Of a stretch of 64,000 nucleotides of DNA, positions 34,788-44,700 are shown piece by piece. The position numbers and the translations under genes were made by a program. Location of the stretch: contig CBDFIK010000006.1 of the NCBI GenBank assembly GCA_965248105.1, forward strand, positions 2,145,926 to 2,209,925, given 5' to 3'. The stretch comes from Bryobacterales bacterium. Lineage in GTDB: Bacteria > Acidobacteriota > Terriglobia > Bryobacterales > UBA6623. The notes under the pieces are model-generated. The model saw only the letters and a program-made list of their open reading frames with translations. It made no database searches and had not been told where the DNA came from. Each line of letters begins with the position of its first letter. The stretch's first letter is position 1.

Positions 34788-36101
34788 ATGCGAACAACGC
34801 CAAAGATCGCTCCTGCCGAAGGCAAGCTCGGTGTTCTGACACCAGGGATGGGCGCCGTCACGACCACCTTTGTGGCCGGGGTGGAAACCGTCAAGAAGGG
34901 CCTTTCTTCGCCGATTGGCTCGCTGAGTCAGATGGGCCGAATCCGCCTCGGCAAGCGCACCGATAATCGGAACCCGCTGATTCGTGATTTCGTCCCGCTG
35001 GCCTCGCTTCCTGACCTCGTCTTCGGTGGCTGGGACATCTACGAAGACAATTGCTACGATGCGGCGACCAAAGCCGGGGTGCTGAGCCAGACTCAGCTCG
35101 ACCAAGTCCGTCCTGAACTGGAGGCTGTTCAGCCCATGCCCGCGGTGTTCGACCAGCGTTTCGTCACCCGCATCGAGGGACCGAACGTCAAGAAGGGCTC
35201 GAACAAGATGGATCTGGCCGAGGGCCTGATAGAGGATATCCGCCATTTCAAGGAATCAACCGGCGCTTCACGTCTGGTCATGATCTGGTGCGGCTCGACC
35301 GAAGTCTTTTATGAAGCAACCGCCGCCCATCAGAGCCTGCCAGCCTTTGAAGAAGCGTTGCGGAAGAGCGATCCCGCTATCGCGCCCAGCCAGATCTACG
35401 CTTATGCCGCTCTGCAGTCCGAGGTTCCCTTCGCCAACGGAGCGCCGAACTTGACCGTCGACTGTCCGGCCATGGTGGAGCTCGCCAGGGATCGCAACGT
35501 GCCCCTGTGCGGCAAAGACTATAAGACGGGGCAGACGTTCATGAAGACGCTCATCGCGCCGGGGCTGAAGTCCCGACTGCTGGGGCTCAACGGTTGGTTC
35601 TCGACGAACATCTTGGGCAACCGCGACGGCGAGGTGCTCGCCGATCCGCAAGCCTTCAAGACGAAGGAAGTCAGTAAGCTGTCGGTCTTAGACCTGATCC
35701 TGCAGCCCAGCCAATACCCCGATCTCTATAAGCACTTCGACCACCTGGTGCGCATCAATTACTACCCTCCTCGTGGGGATGACAAGGAAGGCTGGGACAA
35801 CATCGACATCTTCGGCTGGCTGGGCTACCCGATGCAGATCAAGATCAATTTCCTGTGCCGCGACTCAATCCTGGCGGCGCCCCTCGTGCTCGACCTGGCG
35901 ATGTTTCTCGATCTAGCTCAACGCGCCGGGATGCGGGGCATCCAGGAGTGGCTGTCGTTCTACTTCAAGTCACCGATGGTCGCCGAGGGCTTGTACCCCG
36001 AGCACGATATCTTCATCCAGTTGATGAAACTCAAGAACACGCTGCGCTGGATGCGCGGTGAAGACCTGATCACCCACCTGGGCTTGGAATACTACGATTG
36101 A
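34788..36101 (+). CDS. ino1: myo-Inositol-1-phosphate synthase
   Basis: 437 aa. GKLGVLTPGMGAVTTTFVAGV, PIGSLSQMGRIRLGKRT, GWDIYEDN, and the C-terminal ..YFKSPM.. Confidence 0.88.
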   Translation: MRTTPKIAPAEGKLGVLTPGMGAVTTTFVAGVETVKKGLSSPIGSLSQMGRIRLGKRTDNRNPLIRDFVPLASLPDLVFGGWDIYEDNCYDAATKAGVLSQTQLDQVRPELEAVQPMPAVFDQRFVTRIEGPNVKKGSNKMDLAEGLIEDIRHFKESTGASRLVMIWCGSTEVFYEATAAHQSLPAFEEALRKSDPAIAPSQIYAYAALQSEVPFANGAPNLTVDCPAMVELARDRNVPLCGKDYKTGQTFMKTLIAPGLKSRLLGLNGWFSTNILGNRDGEVLADPQAFKTKEVSKLSVLDLILQPSQYPDLYKHFDHLVRINYYPPRGDDKEGWDNIDIFGWLGYPMQIKINFLCRDSILAAPLVLDLAMFLDLAQRAGMRGIQEWLSFYFKSPMVAEGLYPEHDIFIQLMKLKNTLRWMRGEDLITHLGLEYYD

Positions 36102-36418
36102 GCCGCCTGCTCGGAAAAATCCGCGCCAGGCATCAAGAAGTCCTAGTGTGACCCGCTGGCCCACCGACTTCTCTTGGAGAAAGCGCAGGTATTCGATCCT
36201 TTGATCCCCGCGGCTGAATCTTCCGCCTATGAGCCGTGTAGGGGTACTTGTCGTCAGCAGGCTGCGGTCGCCGTTCTCGGTCATCAGCTCGGCGTTCTGT
36301 AGTGGAATCACCGACCACCATGGCGGCTTCGGCTAGCGGACCGACTTTGCGGACTTGGCTGTTTCGGCTTTGCTCGGCAAGCGAAGATCCCCGTTGAAGT
36401 CGATCCGCGCGGACATGG

Positions 36419-37027
36419 TTACCCTTTGCGACAAGCTTCTCGAATCGTCTCCTCTAACAGGCGTGTTAATGCCTCGTCGTCGTAGGTGATGCTCTTCGCG
36501 ATCTCTCTCCCCCGCGCTGAGAGACGCCGATAGCCCCAGAGAGAACGACGCTTCGTCTCGTCCCAGCCTTCGCGTTCGTAGTAGAACGGCATATTGACCT
36601 CGAAGTACGAAATGCTATCTGCATCCTTCAGCAGATCAGAGCGGTAATCGCCTCCAACCTCATGACGTACTACCAGCCGGCAAGCCTCGTCCGCGGTGGG
36701 TTTGGCCACGCCGCACTCGTCGAGGATCGCTCGCAGGATGTTCGCCCCGTTACGCGCATGGGCAGCCTTGAATGCTTCATAGTCGTCATAGTCGCGGCGA
36801 CGCACTTTCCGTCTCTCAACGGCCCGGTCGACATCGTGAGCGAGAGCGGCGATCTGCAATTCCTGTCCGGCCTTGGCATCGAGCCTTAACACCCACAGAA
36901 GCGTGTTTTCGGCATGGAGAGGGTCCTCCGGGACCTTGGAAGCCGCGATCGTCGCTCTGATTCTTTGTTCTGCGCTTTCTATGCTATCCATGGTCCCGGC
37001 AGATGATGACGCGACGTATCGTTTCAA
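36419..37027 (-). CDS. DUF4202/HD-like protein, copy 2
   Basis: 202 aa. 187 of 202 residues are identical to 17677-18285. The ORF is intact. Confidence 0.7.
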   Translation of the reverse strand: MKRYVASSSAGTMDSIESAEQRIRATIAASKVPEDPLHAENTLLWVLRLDAKAGQELQIAALAHDVDRAVERRKVRRRDYDDYEAFKAAHARNGANILRAILDECGVAKPTADEACRLVVRHEVGGDYRSDLLKDADSISYFEVNMPFYYEREGWDETKRRSLWGYRRLSARGREIAKSITYDDEALTRLLEETIREACRKG

Positions 37028-38300
37028 CGTTCATCACAGCGGCAATAACGACTAGCGTTAGAGCAGCTTGGTTGAGCAGGGCGCCAAGGATTATTAGAAA
37101 GACACGCACATCGCGGCCCAGACGGAATCCCTTGCCGTGCCGGATACGGGCGTGCATGAGGCGGTCGTATTTGTCCGCCGTATAGCTCACCATAAAGGAA
37201 CCGATAATCGCCAGAAATCCGGTCAGTAGGATGAGGCTATCCGTCTTGTCGGCGTAGGCGTGCCAGGTGAGGCCGAAAAGCAGCAAGGCGTCGGCGTAAC
37301 GGTCCAATACCGCATCGAGCCACCCTCCGTAGGGGCTGGTTTGGAACTTGAGCCGCGCTACTTCGCCATCGCAGCCATCGACGACCGAGGCGAACTGTGC
37401 CAGAAAACCACCCAGCAAAAGGGCGGGATAACCGCCCAGCGCGAACAGGCCAGCCGCCAGCACGGAACAAAGGAACGAGAACAGGGATATTTGATTAGGG
37501 GTGATGCCGTAGTTGACAAGCCAGCGGGAAATCTTCACGGATAGGGGTCGGTTCAAGTGCCGCGACACAGGACCGTCATTGGGCTTGTCCCCTAAATCGG
37601 CCAAGAGCACGTTCTCCGCCCGCCTGACAGCCGCGGGATCATCTACATCGATCCAAAAATGGCCGTTCACATCGACCGCCTTGGCCCGGCCCTCGCCGGC
37701 GAGAACCCGCACCGCTCCAGATAGGCTGGTATCGCCGGACTCCTCCGCGCAACGCTCCAGGGCGTCGAAAATGGCGGGAGTGCATCGGAAAATACCGGTG
37801 TCAAAGCCATTGAAATCTGTTAAGCCCTTGCCGATGTTGTTGATCTTCCCGCCTTCGGTCTTTACTCGGGTGACATCCCCCATGTCGATGAGGCAATTGC
37901 CAATATCTCTATCCACTCCAAGGGTGATTTCGCCATCGGCGAAAGGAAGCTCCATCAACTCACGGGCAATCGATGGTTCAAAGAGATGGTCCGCCATCAG
38001 GAGCAAAAAAGGTTCACGCAGGTGCTGCCGCGCCCTGAGTACGGACAAGCCGTTTGCTTTTTCCCAATCCCCGTTAACGATGGCGGTGATACGAATCCCC
38101 GTGCGGTCGCTCAGACCCTTCAGGAACGTGCAGAACACGCTCCCCGTGGTATCCGGTGACCACATAAAAGTCATCTGCTCCGGCCTCCCGTGCGGAGCGA
38201 ATGACGCGTTCGATCAGAGGGACCCCCAAAATGGGGATGAGGGGTTTGCTGTCACCCCTGAGCCGTAGACGACTACCTTTTCCAGCGCCGATGATTAGAC
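36984..38300 (-). pseudogene. IPCT/DIPPS copy 2: start codon lost and +1 frameshift in the cytidylyltransferase domain
   Basis: Homology to copy 1 ends at ..gattagacac (38300), 4-5 nt short of the ATG. gtgcAgaacacgc (38129 region) against gtgcgaacacgc in copy 1 shifts the frame. The longest ORF (36984..38174) lacks the GAGKGSRL motif. Confidence 0.8.
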
Positions 38301-38702
38301 ACCATGAGGTGTGTTGTATCGGTTCGCTACCCGGCTGTCAAGTTGGAGGCACTGCGGGTCTGACGTAGAACAAGTAGGACATCCTGCCTGTTCAAGCCGT
38401 TCGTAGGCGGGTTAGAGCGGGAAGGCTCGTCCCTCCCAATGGACGCGAAGGGGACTTAACGAGATGTGAGTGCGCCTGCGATTCGTATGCACCTGCAAGT
38501 AAAGTACTTATTCACGACGAAGCTCGGATCCCTAGTGGCAAGGCAGAGCGTTGTATCGCAAGCGCCCAGCGGGCAGAGCTGGTCGGGAGGAAAGGGTTTA
38601 GGCAGATTCCCCAGTCAACAAATGATGGGGCGCTGGACACTCGACCCAAAGACTCCAACAGCATAAAAGGACTACTGACTGATATGTGCTTTCTACCGCG
38701 GG

Positions 38703-39437
38703 TTACGGTCGCAGCGGGACTAAAGGGATGACGAAGCCCAGGGAAAACGACCAGCCGCTGGCATCGTCGAGAAACAATTCGTCGCCGATCCGGTCGCCAG
38801 CGCGGGGTAGGCCGGTAGCACCGTAATCGAGCGAACCCTCCACCTCGATGTTGCGCAGCCAGTTCCCCTCGGGCAGCCAGTTGAAGATGTGAACGGCTGT
38901 GTCAAGTTCAAAGTTCAACTTGTGAGTGTAGGCACTCCTGTCCCGAGGCCGTTCGGCGGGACTGATTTCGTCCACGATGTTAAAATGACTTCCGACCCAG
39001 CCGTTCGTGTCTTCGGGGCGAAGCCACTCTAGGTTTAGCTCGATCTCCAGCTCGGGAGAGTTGTCTCGGATCGATGTCCCGCCGAGATCTTCCGCTGTTG
39101 CTCCAGTAAATGGATTCTCATCTCCGGAAGCGAATGGGATGAAAATCGTCTCGAAGGTAAAACCGACGCGGGGAATCTCGGTCGGGATATCCAGTGCCAC
39201 GATTGTTTCAAACACAACCTCGCGCTCGGCACGCGTGACCCTGACCTGTTGATCCCCCTCGAATTCGGCGACTCGGTGTCGACTGAATAAGTTCTCGACC
39301 GTAAACGTCGGCTCTATTTTTAGCTCGGGGCGGCAAAGGAACCAACAACGATCTTTTTTCTGAGCCTCGAGCGGCGTGAGAAACGAGCAGCCCAGCGCCA
39401 GAACGACAGCGGTTCTGATCAAGACAAAAGGTCGCAA
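38703..39437 (-). CDS. Hypothetical exported protein, possibly a beta-barrel; last gene of the ABC operon
   Basis: Signal peptide MRPFVLIRTAVVLALGCSFLTPLEAQ. Alternating beta-strand-like composition. C-terminal ..SLGFVIPLVPLRP. Confidence 0.5.
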   Translation of the reverse strand: MRPFVLIRTAVVLALGCSFLTPLEAQKKDRCWFLCRPELKIEPTFTVENLFSRHRVAEFEGDQQVRVTRAEREVVFETIVALDIPTEIPRVGFTFETIFIPFASGDENPFTGATAEDLGGTSIRDNSPELEIELNLEWLRPEDTNGWVGSHFNIVDEISPAERPRDRSAYTHKLNFELDTAVHIFNWLPEGNWLRNIEVEGSLDYGATGLPRAGDRIGDELFLDDASGWSFSLGFVIPLVPLRP

Positions 39438-39527
39438 GGGTCGTTCCTCCGATCGGACCCGAGTCCCCAGCTAGTCGTGGAGCGCCTCGCCGCAAGTGGG
39501 CAGCTACAGCCGGTCAACGGATCTTGT

Positions 39528-40268
39528 TCACTGCTTGTCCCCACCCAGTACTCCGCCGGCCGACCCCAATCGGTCGTTAAGATATTCGCGGATCTCGGCG
39601 GGCAAACCGATTCGATCAACTTGGCCGTTCTCCATCATCACCACTCGTTGTCCTATTTCGAAAGCCTCTTCGCGGCTGTGCGTCACGTAGAGCAAGGTGA
39701 AGCCCAGCCTTTCGTGAAGACGTCGGATTTCGTCGCGTAGACCCACGCTGAGTTCGAGATTGAGACTGGAGAGCGGTTCGTCCATGAGAAGGATCAGCGG
39801 CTCCAGCACCAACGCCCGAGCGAGAGCCACACGCTGCTGCTCACCACCGGAAAGGTCGGCAGGGAGGGCTTGGCGGCGGTCGGTCAGGTCAGTGAGTCGG
39901 AGTAGGCTGTCGATTCGTTCCTCGGCAAGGGCTTTGGGTACTCGCCGTGCGTTCAAACCGAATTGCAAGTTACCCTCGACGGTCAAATGCGGCCACAGGG
40001 CAAGATCCTGGAAAACCATACCGATGTTTCGTTTTTCCGGTTCCAGCAGGACCCGTCCGTTGGCCGCCACGACGGTGTCAGCTACCGTTATGGCTCCCTC
40101 GTCTGGAACCGCCAAGCCCGCAAGCAGGCGGAGCACGGTGGTCTTGCCGCACCCGGAGGGCCCGAGGATCACGAGCCGCTCTCCCTGTTCAACGTGAAGT
40201 GTGAAATGGGACAGCGCGGGACGCCGCTCGTATGTTTTCGTCACCGAGCGAAACTCAATGAACGACAC
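39528..40268 (-). CDS. ABC transporter ATP-binding protein (Fe3+/polyamine type)
   Basis: Walker A GPSGCGKTT, signature LSGGEQQRVALARAL, Walker B LLMDEP. Confidence 0.88.
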   Translation of the reverse strand: MSFIEFRSVTKTYERRPALSHFTLHVEQGERLVILGPSGCGKTTVLRLLAGLAVPDEGAITVADTVVAANGRVLLEPEKRNIGMVFQDLALWPHLTVEGNLQFGLNARRVPKALAEERIDSLLRLTDLTDRRQALPADLSGGEQQRVALARALVLEPLILLMDEPLSSLNLELSVGLRDEIRRLHERLGFTLLYVTHSREEAFEIGQRVVMMENGQVDRIGLPAEIREYLNDRLGSAGGVLGGDKQ

Positions 40269-41853
40269 TGGGCGATCTCCTGCGCCGAACGACGATGGCG
40301 AAAGCGAATAGAGGAAACAGCGTGGCTGCGACCATCAGCATGCACAGGGCGGCAACCAAATCGGGTGGTCCGTTGGCCATCAGCGTGAACGTCCGCACGG
40401 GCAGGGTGTCACCGCCCGGTGGATACACTAGCATCGTGATGCCCAAGTCGCGCAAGCAGAAAACGTAGGCCAGCAGCCAGGCCGCCAGCAGGCCGCGACC
40501 CGAGAGCGGAACTACGATCCGCACAATCCTACGGATCCAGGACGCCCCGGCAACTTGAGCAGACTCCTCCATGGAGCGAGGAATCTGGTTCAAGGTGGCT
40601 ACCGTCGTTCGAGTGGTCAATGCGGCATACTGCGACACATACCCAAACAGCACGATCCACGGGCTTGCGTAGATGAAAGCCGTAGCGGGTGTGTTCCACA
40701 AACTAACCAGGCCGATGCCGGTCACACTCCCCGGGACCGCGAACAAGAAAAGGGTCAATCCGTCAGTAAAATGGGCTAAGCGAAGAGACCTGCTGTGAAC
40801 GAGATAGCCAAGGAGGAAACCGAGGACGGTCAGAAACGAGGCGCCGGCTCCGGCGTAGCCGATGCTGCGGAGCACGCTGTCCCCCGCCCGTGTGAAGGCG
40901 TCCACGTAGGCACTGTGTGACGCTGACTGAAGCGCCAATCCCGCTAGCGGCAAGAACACCAACAAAAGGCCGGCGCAGCTTACAGCGAGAAGAAGCCATG
41001 GACGGAACTTTCCCAGCCGAATCGGCTCAGAGGGATCGACACGAGTCACCATCCGAAGAGGGAGAGTCTTAGAGCCGAAGAAGCGCCACTCCGCGAACAA
41101 GACCAATAGTGTGATCAAAACGAGCGGAACCGCCGCCGCCGTCGCCGCACCAAAGTTGTGGAATGCCGCGAACTGCGTAAAGCTCTCCACCGCAAATACC
41201 TCATAACGGAGAAAGCTCGGCACACCCAATTCTCCCAACGTCAATAAGAACACGAGTGTCGCCCCGAGAGCGATCCCTGGCAGTATAAGCGGCAGGGTGA
41301 TTTTTCGCAGCACCGTGCCCCAACGCGCCACAACAATTCCAGCCTCTTCCAGGCGCCGGTCAACACCGTTGAGGTAGGCCATCGTAAGGAGTAACTGGAT
41401 TGGTAAAAAGGTTGGCACCAGCACAAGTACACAGCCCGGCAGCCCGAACAATTGCGAAGAGGTCCATTGCCCGACCGCTTCCCCCCACACTCGGGAAAGC
41501 AAGCCCTGTCGGCCAAGCAGATCAAACCAGGAGACGGCTGTGACGTAGGGTGGGAGTAACAGCGGAATCGTGAACAAGATGGTAAACATCCCTCGTAGGG
41601 GTAAGTCGGTCCGGGCGAGCAACACAGCGAGAGGAACTCCGGCAACGGTCGCCAGCAGCGTGGTCAGTGCGGCCAGCAGGAAGCTGTTTTGCAACAGCAC
41701 AAAGGGTCGGGTGGAGTTGAAAAGTTCTTTGTAGTAAGCAAAGCTCCAGACGCCATCGACCGTCAGGCTTTTGACAAGCATCACCAGTAGAGGCAGGAGC
41801 CCCACCGCTACCAGAAGCATCACGGCCCCCGTTAAGACGATGCGCTTGGTCAA
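40255..41853 (-). CDS. ABC transporter permease, duplicated (two-domain) Fe3+ type
   Basis: 532 aa with about 12 TM segments and two EAA-like loops (LEEAGIVVARWG.., MEESAQVAGASW..). Confidence 0.85.
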   Translation of the reverse strand: MTKRIVLTGAVMLLVAVGLLPLLVMLVKSLTVDGVWSFAYYKELFNSTRPFVLLQNSFLLAALTTLLATVAGVPLAVLLARTDLPLRGMFTILFTIPLLLPPYVTAVSWFDLLGRQGLLSRVWGEAVGQWTSSQLFGLPGCVLVLVPTFLPIQLLLTMAYLNGVDRRLEEAGIVVARWGTVLRKITLPLILPGIALGATLVFLLTLGELGVPSFLRYEVFAVESFTQFAAFHNFGAATAAAVPLVLITLLVLFAEWRFFGSKTLPLRMVTRVDPSEPIRLGKFRPWLLLAVSCAGLLLVFLPLAGLALQSASHSAYVDAFTRAGDSVLRSIGYAGAGASFLTVLGFLLGYLVHSRSLRLAHFTDGLTLFLFAVPGSVTGIGLVSLWNTPATAFIYASPWIVLFGYVSQYAALTTRTTVATLNQIPRSMEESAQVAGASWIRRIVRIVVPLSGRGLLAAWLLAYVFCLRDLGITMLVYPPGGDTLPVRTFTLMANGPPDLVAALCMLMVAATLFPLFAFAIVVRRRRSPSVVH

Positions 41854-41855
41854 GT

Positions 41856-42887
41856 TCAGTAGCCCAGCCAGCTTTTCAAGAAGGGTTGGATCTCCTCCAT
41901 TTTTCGAGCGACTTCCGCGTAGCTGACTTCCATTGCTTTCAGGTCTTCGATCCGTGTCACATCGGGTGGGGTTTCGACTCCGGCGAGTAAGGGAATCTGG
42001 GCGGCGTCGGAAAACGCCAGCTTGCGCTCAGTTTCCGCGGATAGCAAATAGTCAATCAACTTCTTGCCGGCTTCCGGATGCGGCCCTCCGGCGATTAGAA
42101 GCACAGCGTTGGGCAGAATCAAACAACCGATTCCATCAGGTCCCTGGTCGGGATAAATGATTTCAATTGGCTTGCCTTGCTTGATACGGCTGTAGGCATC
42201 GTCGCTGTCAACTAAGGAAAATCCGAACTCCCCGGACCCGACCAGATCGGCGCTTTCGCCGTTGCTGGTCGATATCTTTACGTCATTGGCTTTCAGACCC
42301 TCGAAAAACTCTTTTGCTTTGTCATCCCCCCAGAGAGTGAAAAGCGCCGCGGCGTAGACGGTGGTAGTCCCGAACAAGGGGTTTGCAATCACGCCTTTTC
42401 CTCTGAAGCGCGGGTCAGTGTAGTCCCGGATGGACTTAGGCTTTTCCCCCATGAGCTTGCTATTAGCGACAAAGGGTCTTGAACGGGCCGAGAAGCCCGT
42501 CCAATAGCCTTCGGGATCCTTGAAGTGATCGGGAATGCCCGCCGCGTTGGGAGATACGTAGGGGGCGGCGATTCCTTGCTGTTTCAGATACTCGGCGCGG
42601 ATCGGCTCGTTCGCCCAAAACACGTCGGCCCGCGGATTGTCTTTCTCGGCTAGTAACCGGTTCATCACACCGGTGCTCTTGGTCTCCTCGGTGTCGAAGA
42701 CCGCTTGGACTCGGATGCCCGTTTCCCGTTCGAAGTCTCTGAGGATCGGTTCTGAGAAAACCTGATCCTCGCTGACGTACACCACGACTGTGTTTGCGGC
42801 GTCTTGGCGACCGTTCGCGCAGGCGGCCAGGGTCAGCAATACACCGATTGGCAGTAAACAGTGCTTGGCAAGCGTTGAAGTTTTCAT
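41856..42887 (-). CDS. Periplasmic Fe3+-type ABC substrate-binding protein
   Basis: Lipoprotein-like signal (..LTLAACANG). Solute-binding family 1 layout. RBS aaggagg. Confidence 0.8.
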   Translation of the reverse strand: MKTSTLAKHCLLPIGVLLTLAACANGRQDAANTVVVYVSEDQVFSEPILRDFERETGIRVQAVFDTEETKSTGVMNRLLAEKDNPRADVFWANEPIRAEYLKQQGIAAPYVSPNAAGIPDHFKDPEGYWTGFSARSRPFVANSKLMGEKPKSIRDYTDPRFRGKGVIANPLFGTTTVYAAALFTLWGDDKAKEFFEGLKANDVKISTSNGESADLVGSGEFGFSLVDSDDAYSRIKQGKPIEIIYPDQGPDGIGCLILPNAVLLIAGGPHPEAGKKLIDYLLSAETERKLAFSDAAQIPLLAGVETPPDVTRIEDLKAMEVSYAEVARKMEEIQPFLKSWLGY

Positions 42888-43078
42888 CGAATCACAGCCT
42901 CCTTGTTATGCGACCAAAGCGTAGCGGTGTTAACCACTGTGCCCCTGATCTCCAAGGCAGCGGCGCGCCCGCGGCCATCGGCCTGCAAATCGGCTGCGCT
43001 GGCCACGCAGACGCTGCTCGGCTTCGACTGACAGCATTTTCACCATCGAGGCACACGCCCAACGGGGGTTCGTTCGGG

Positions 43079-43729
43079 TCACCTTGTGAGTTGAAAATCG
43101 TCGAAGTGAGTCACGGCGTCGGCCTTCGTCCAGAGTCCCACCTGGCCGGCCTCGGAGAAGGTCGAGTCTTCTACCTGAAACAACTGCTTGCCGTCGAAGA
43201 AGACGGTGAACAGGTTACCTTGAAACTTCACTCCCAGGGTGGCCCAGCGCTGAGAAGCCACCGTATGTTTCACTCCGTAGGTGCCGGGCGGCATCCCCTT
43301 CGGCGCAAGCGACGAGCGCTTGCCCTTTTCGACCTTATAAAGAACGGTATTGTTTTCGAGGGCGTTGCTCCGGACGACATAGTAGTTGTTGTCATCGCGA
43401 TAGCGCCAGACAAGCCCGCCCGAGGCATCCACCTTCCCCGATATCGGCTTCAGCTTGACACTCAGCTCGCCGTCTCGAAGATCGGCTTTTTGATAAATCG
43501 CCAGCGGGTACCGGCCCGAGGTCCGCTCATCAGAGACCTGCGCCAACACGGTCGGCCGGCTGGGCGCTGACTCGTCACTTCGTATCTCCCACTTCGGCGG
43601 GCCGCCGCTGTGGGTCATCGCCACCGTCCAATCCGAGGGCATTGCCCCAGGCTTTTCGCTGTCAAAGTTGATGACCTCGGCCAGCGCGGGCAGCGTCGCC
43701 AAGAGCACGATCAAGGCTGTGATCATCAT
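43079..43729 (-). CDS. DUF1080 (3-keto-disaccharide hydrolase / ConA-like lectin fold) protein
   Basis: Signal peptide. Motifs: GGLVWRYRDDNNYYVV, LYKVEKGK, GLWTKADAVTHFDDFQL. Confidence 0.75.
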   Translation of the reverse strand: MMITALIVLLATLPALAEVINFDSEKPGAMPSDWTVAMTHSGGPPKWEIRSDESAPSRPTVLAQVSDERTSGRYPLAIYQKADLRDGELSVKLKPISGKVDASGGLVWRYRDDNNYYVVRSNALENNTVLYKVEKGKRSSLAPKGMPPGTYGVKHTVASQRWATLGVKFQGNLFTVFFDGKQLFQVEDSTFSEAGQVGLWTKADAVTHFDDFQLTR

Positions 43730-43885
43730 CTTTCCCCCCTCCTTTCGTCTTACCTTTATCTTCAGAAGTTGTTGTCAGGACTGACCCCTAATCAGCGTAG
43801 AAGCCGGATTAGCTATTTCCACGTCACTTCCATCGCAAGGAAGTGCTCGAACACCCTTCGTCCGGGACTGTTCAGCTCGTCCATC

Positions 43886-44002
43886 TCAGGACTGCGAATG
43901 CCGAAACACCCCAACGGCGAGCAACACTACCGGCAGACCCCAGAGCAGCAAAGCAATCTTGCGCCGGGCAAGGTAATTTTCGTTGCACCTACCACTTGGC
44001 AT
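43886..44002 (-). CDS. Possible 38-aa single-TM small protein
   Basis: ATG preceded by ggaggtgg. Sequence MPSGRCNENYLARRKIALLLWGLPVVLLAVGVFRHSQS. Confidence 0.3.
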   Translation of the reverse strand: MPSGRCNENYLARRKIALLLWGLPVVLLAVGVFRHSQS

Positions 44003-44015
44003 AGTTCCACCTCCG

Positions 44016-44333
44016 TCAAGTGCTCCGTGCCGCCTGGAGTGCCTGACGAATCTGCTCAACCGAAGGCCACCCGGCGCTCCGACCGTTTTCGGCATAGATC
44101 CGACAGCCATAGCCGCAGCCCTTCTCTTCTGCCTCCGGCCCCTCAATGTCAATGCCGTTAATTCGAATGGTTGGAGATCCGATGAACCGCTTTGCCTGGG
44201 CGTCGGCCTCTGAGGTAACACGGATCATCTCGACCTCTTGCGGAAGTTCCTGCGAGCGCAAGGCCTCTTTGAGGTTGTCTAAAGCTTTCTGGTACGAAGA
44301 GCAGTCGTCGAAGTAATACAGCTGGATCTTCAT
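44016..44333 (-). CDS. Thioredoxin-like fold small protein (type seen in metal-resistance loci)
   Basis: From ATG 44333: MKIQLYYFDDCSSYQKALDNLKEAL...FIGSPTIRINGIDI. The 171-aa track ORF is a chimera with the upstream HMA fragment. Confidence 0.5.
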   Translation of the reverse strand: MKIQLYYFDDCSSYQKALDNLKEALRSQELPQEVEMIRVTSEADAQAKRFIGSPTIRINGIDIEGPEAEEKGCGYGCRIYAENGRSAGWPSVEQIRQALQAARST

Positions 44334-44531
44334 GGTGTAACCTCCCTTCAACTGACCTTCAGGAGCCTCACCTCGTAACCCAGTTCGCTGATTGCTGTTA
44401 CGAGTTGCTCCACTGACACGTGCGAAGGCATCGTACGTTACACGAGCTGTTTTGGTATCAAAGCTCACCTCAGCCGTCGAGACGCCGGCCACCTGGTCGA
44501 GCGTGGTTTGGATACTAGTGTAGTCCGCCAA
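44334..44531 (-). pseudogene. Heavy-metal-associated (HMA) domain remnant
   Basis: ..IQTTLDQVAGVSTAEVSFDTKTARVTYDAFARV, then a frameshift into SVEQLVTAISELGYEV. The CxxC region is missing. Confidence 0.5.
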
Positions 44532-44565
44532 TAATACCGCAACTTATAGATTTCCGTTGTGGAGA

Positions 44566-44656
44566 GGGAAGCCCGTTGAAACGGGCTTCCCAACCTTGAG
44601 CGGCGCGGCCTACCAGCCGTAAAACGGCTGGCCTACAGTAGGCAAATCCGCGTGAA
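44566..44656. repeat. Three consecutive GC-rich hairpins
   Basis: gggaagcccgt-tgaa-acgggcttccc (44566-44591), ccagccgt-aaa-acggctgg (44613-44631), ccgcg-tgaa-cgcgg (44648-44661 approx). Confidence 0.75.
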
Positions 44657-44700
44657 CGCGGCTTGTAGCCGTCCCTTCATCTAGATCTGATCAGCCGACT

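Noticed and set aside
36102-36418. Possible gene remnant on the minus strand (..IPLQNAELMTENGDRSLLTTSTPTRLIGGR..), plus a 27-aa ORF starting at the duplication boundary
   Set aside because: I recognise no family. The small ORF is not conserved at the equivalent boundary of copy 1. Left unannotated.
44016-44531. 171-aa ORF treated as a single gene
   Set aside because: It fuses a frameshifted HMA remnant to a separate thioredoxin-like gene, which has its own ATG at 44333.
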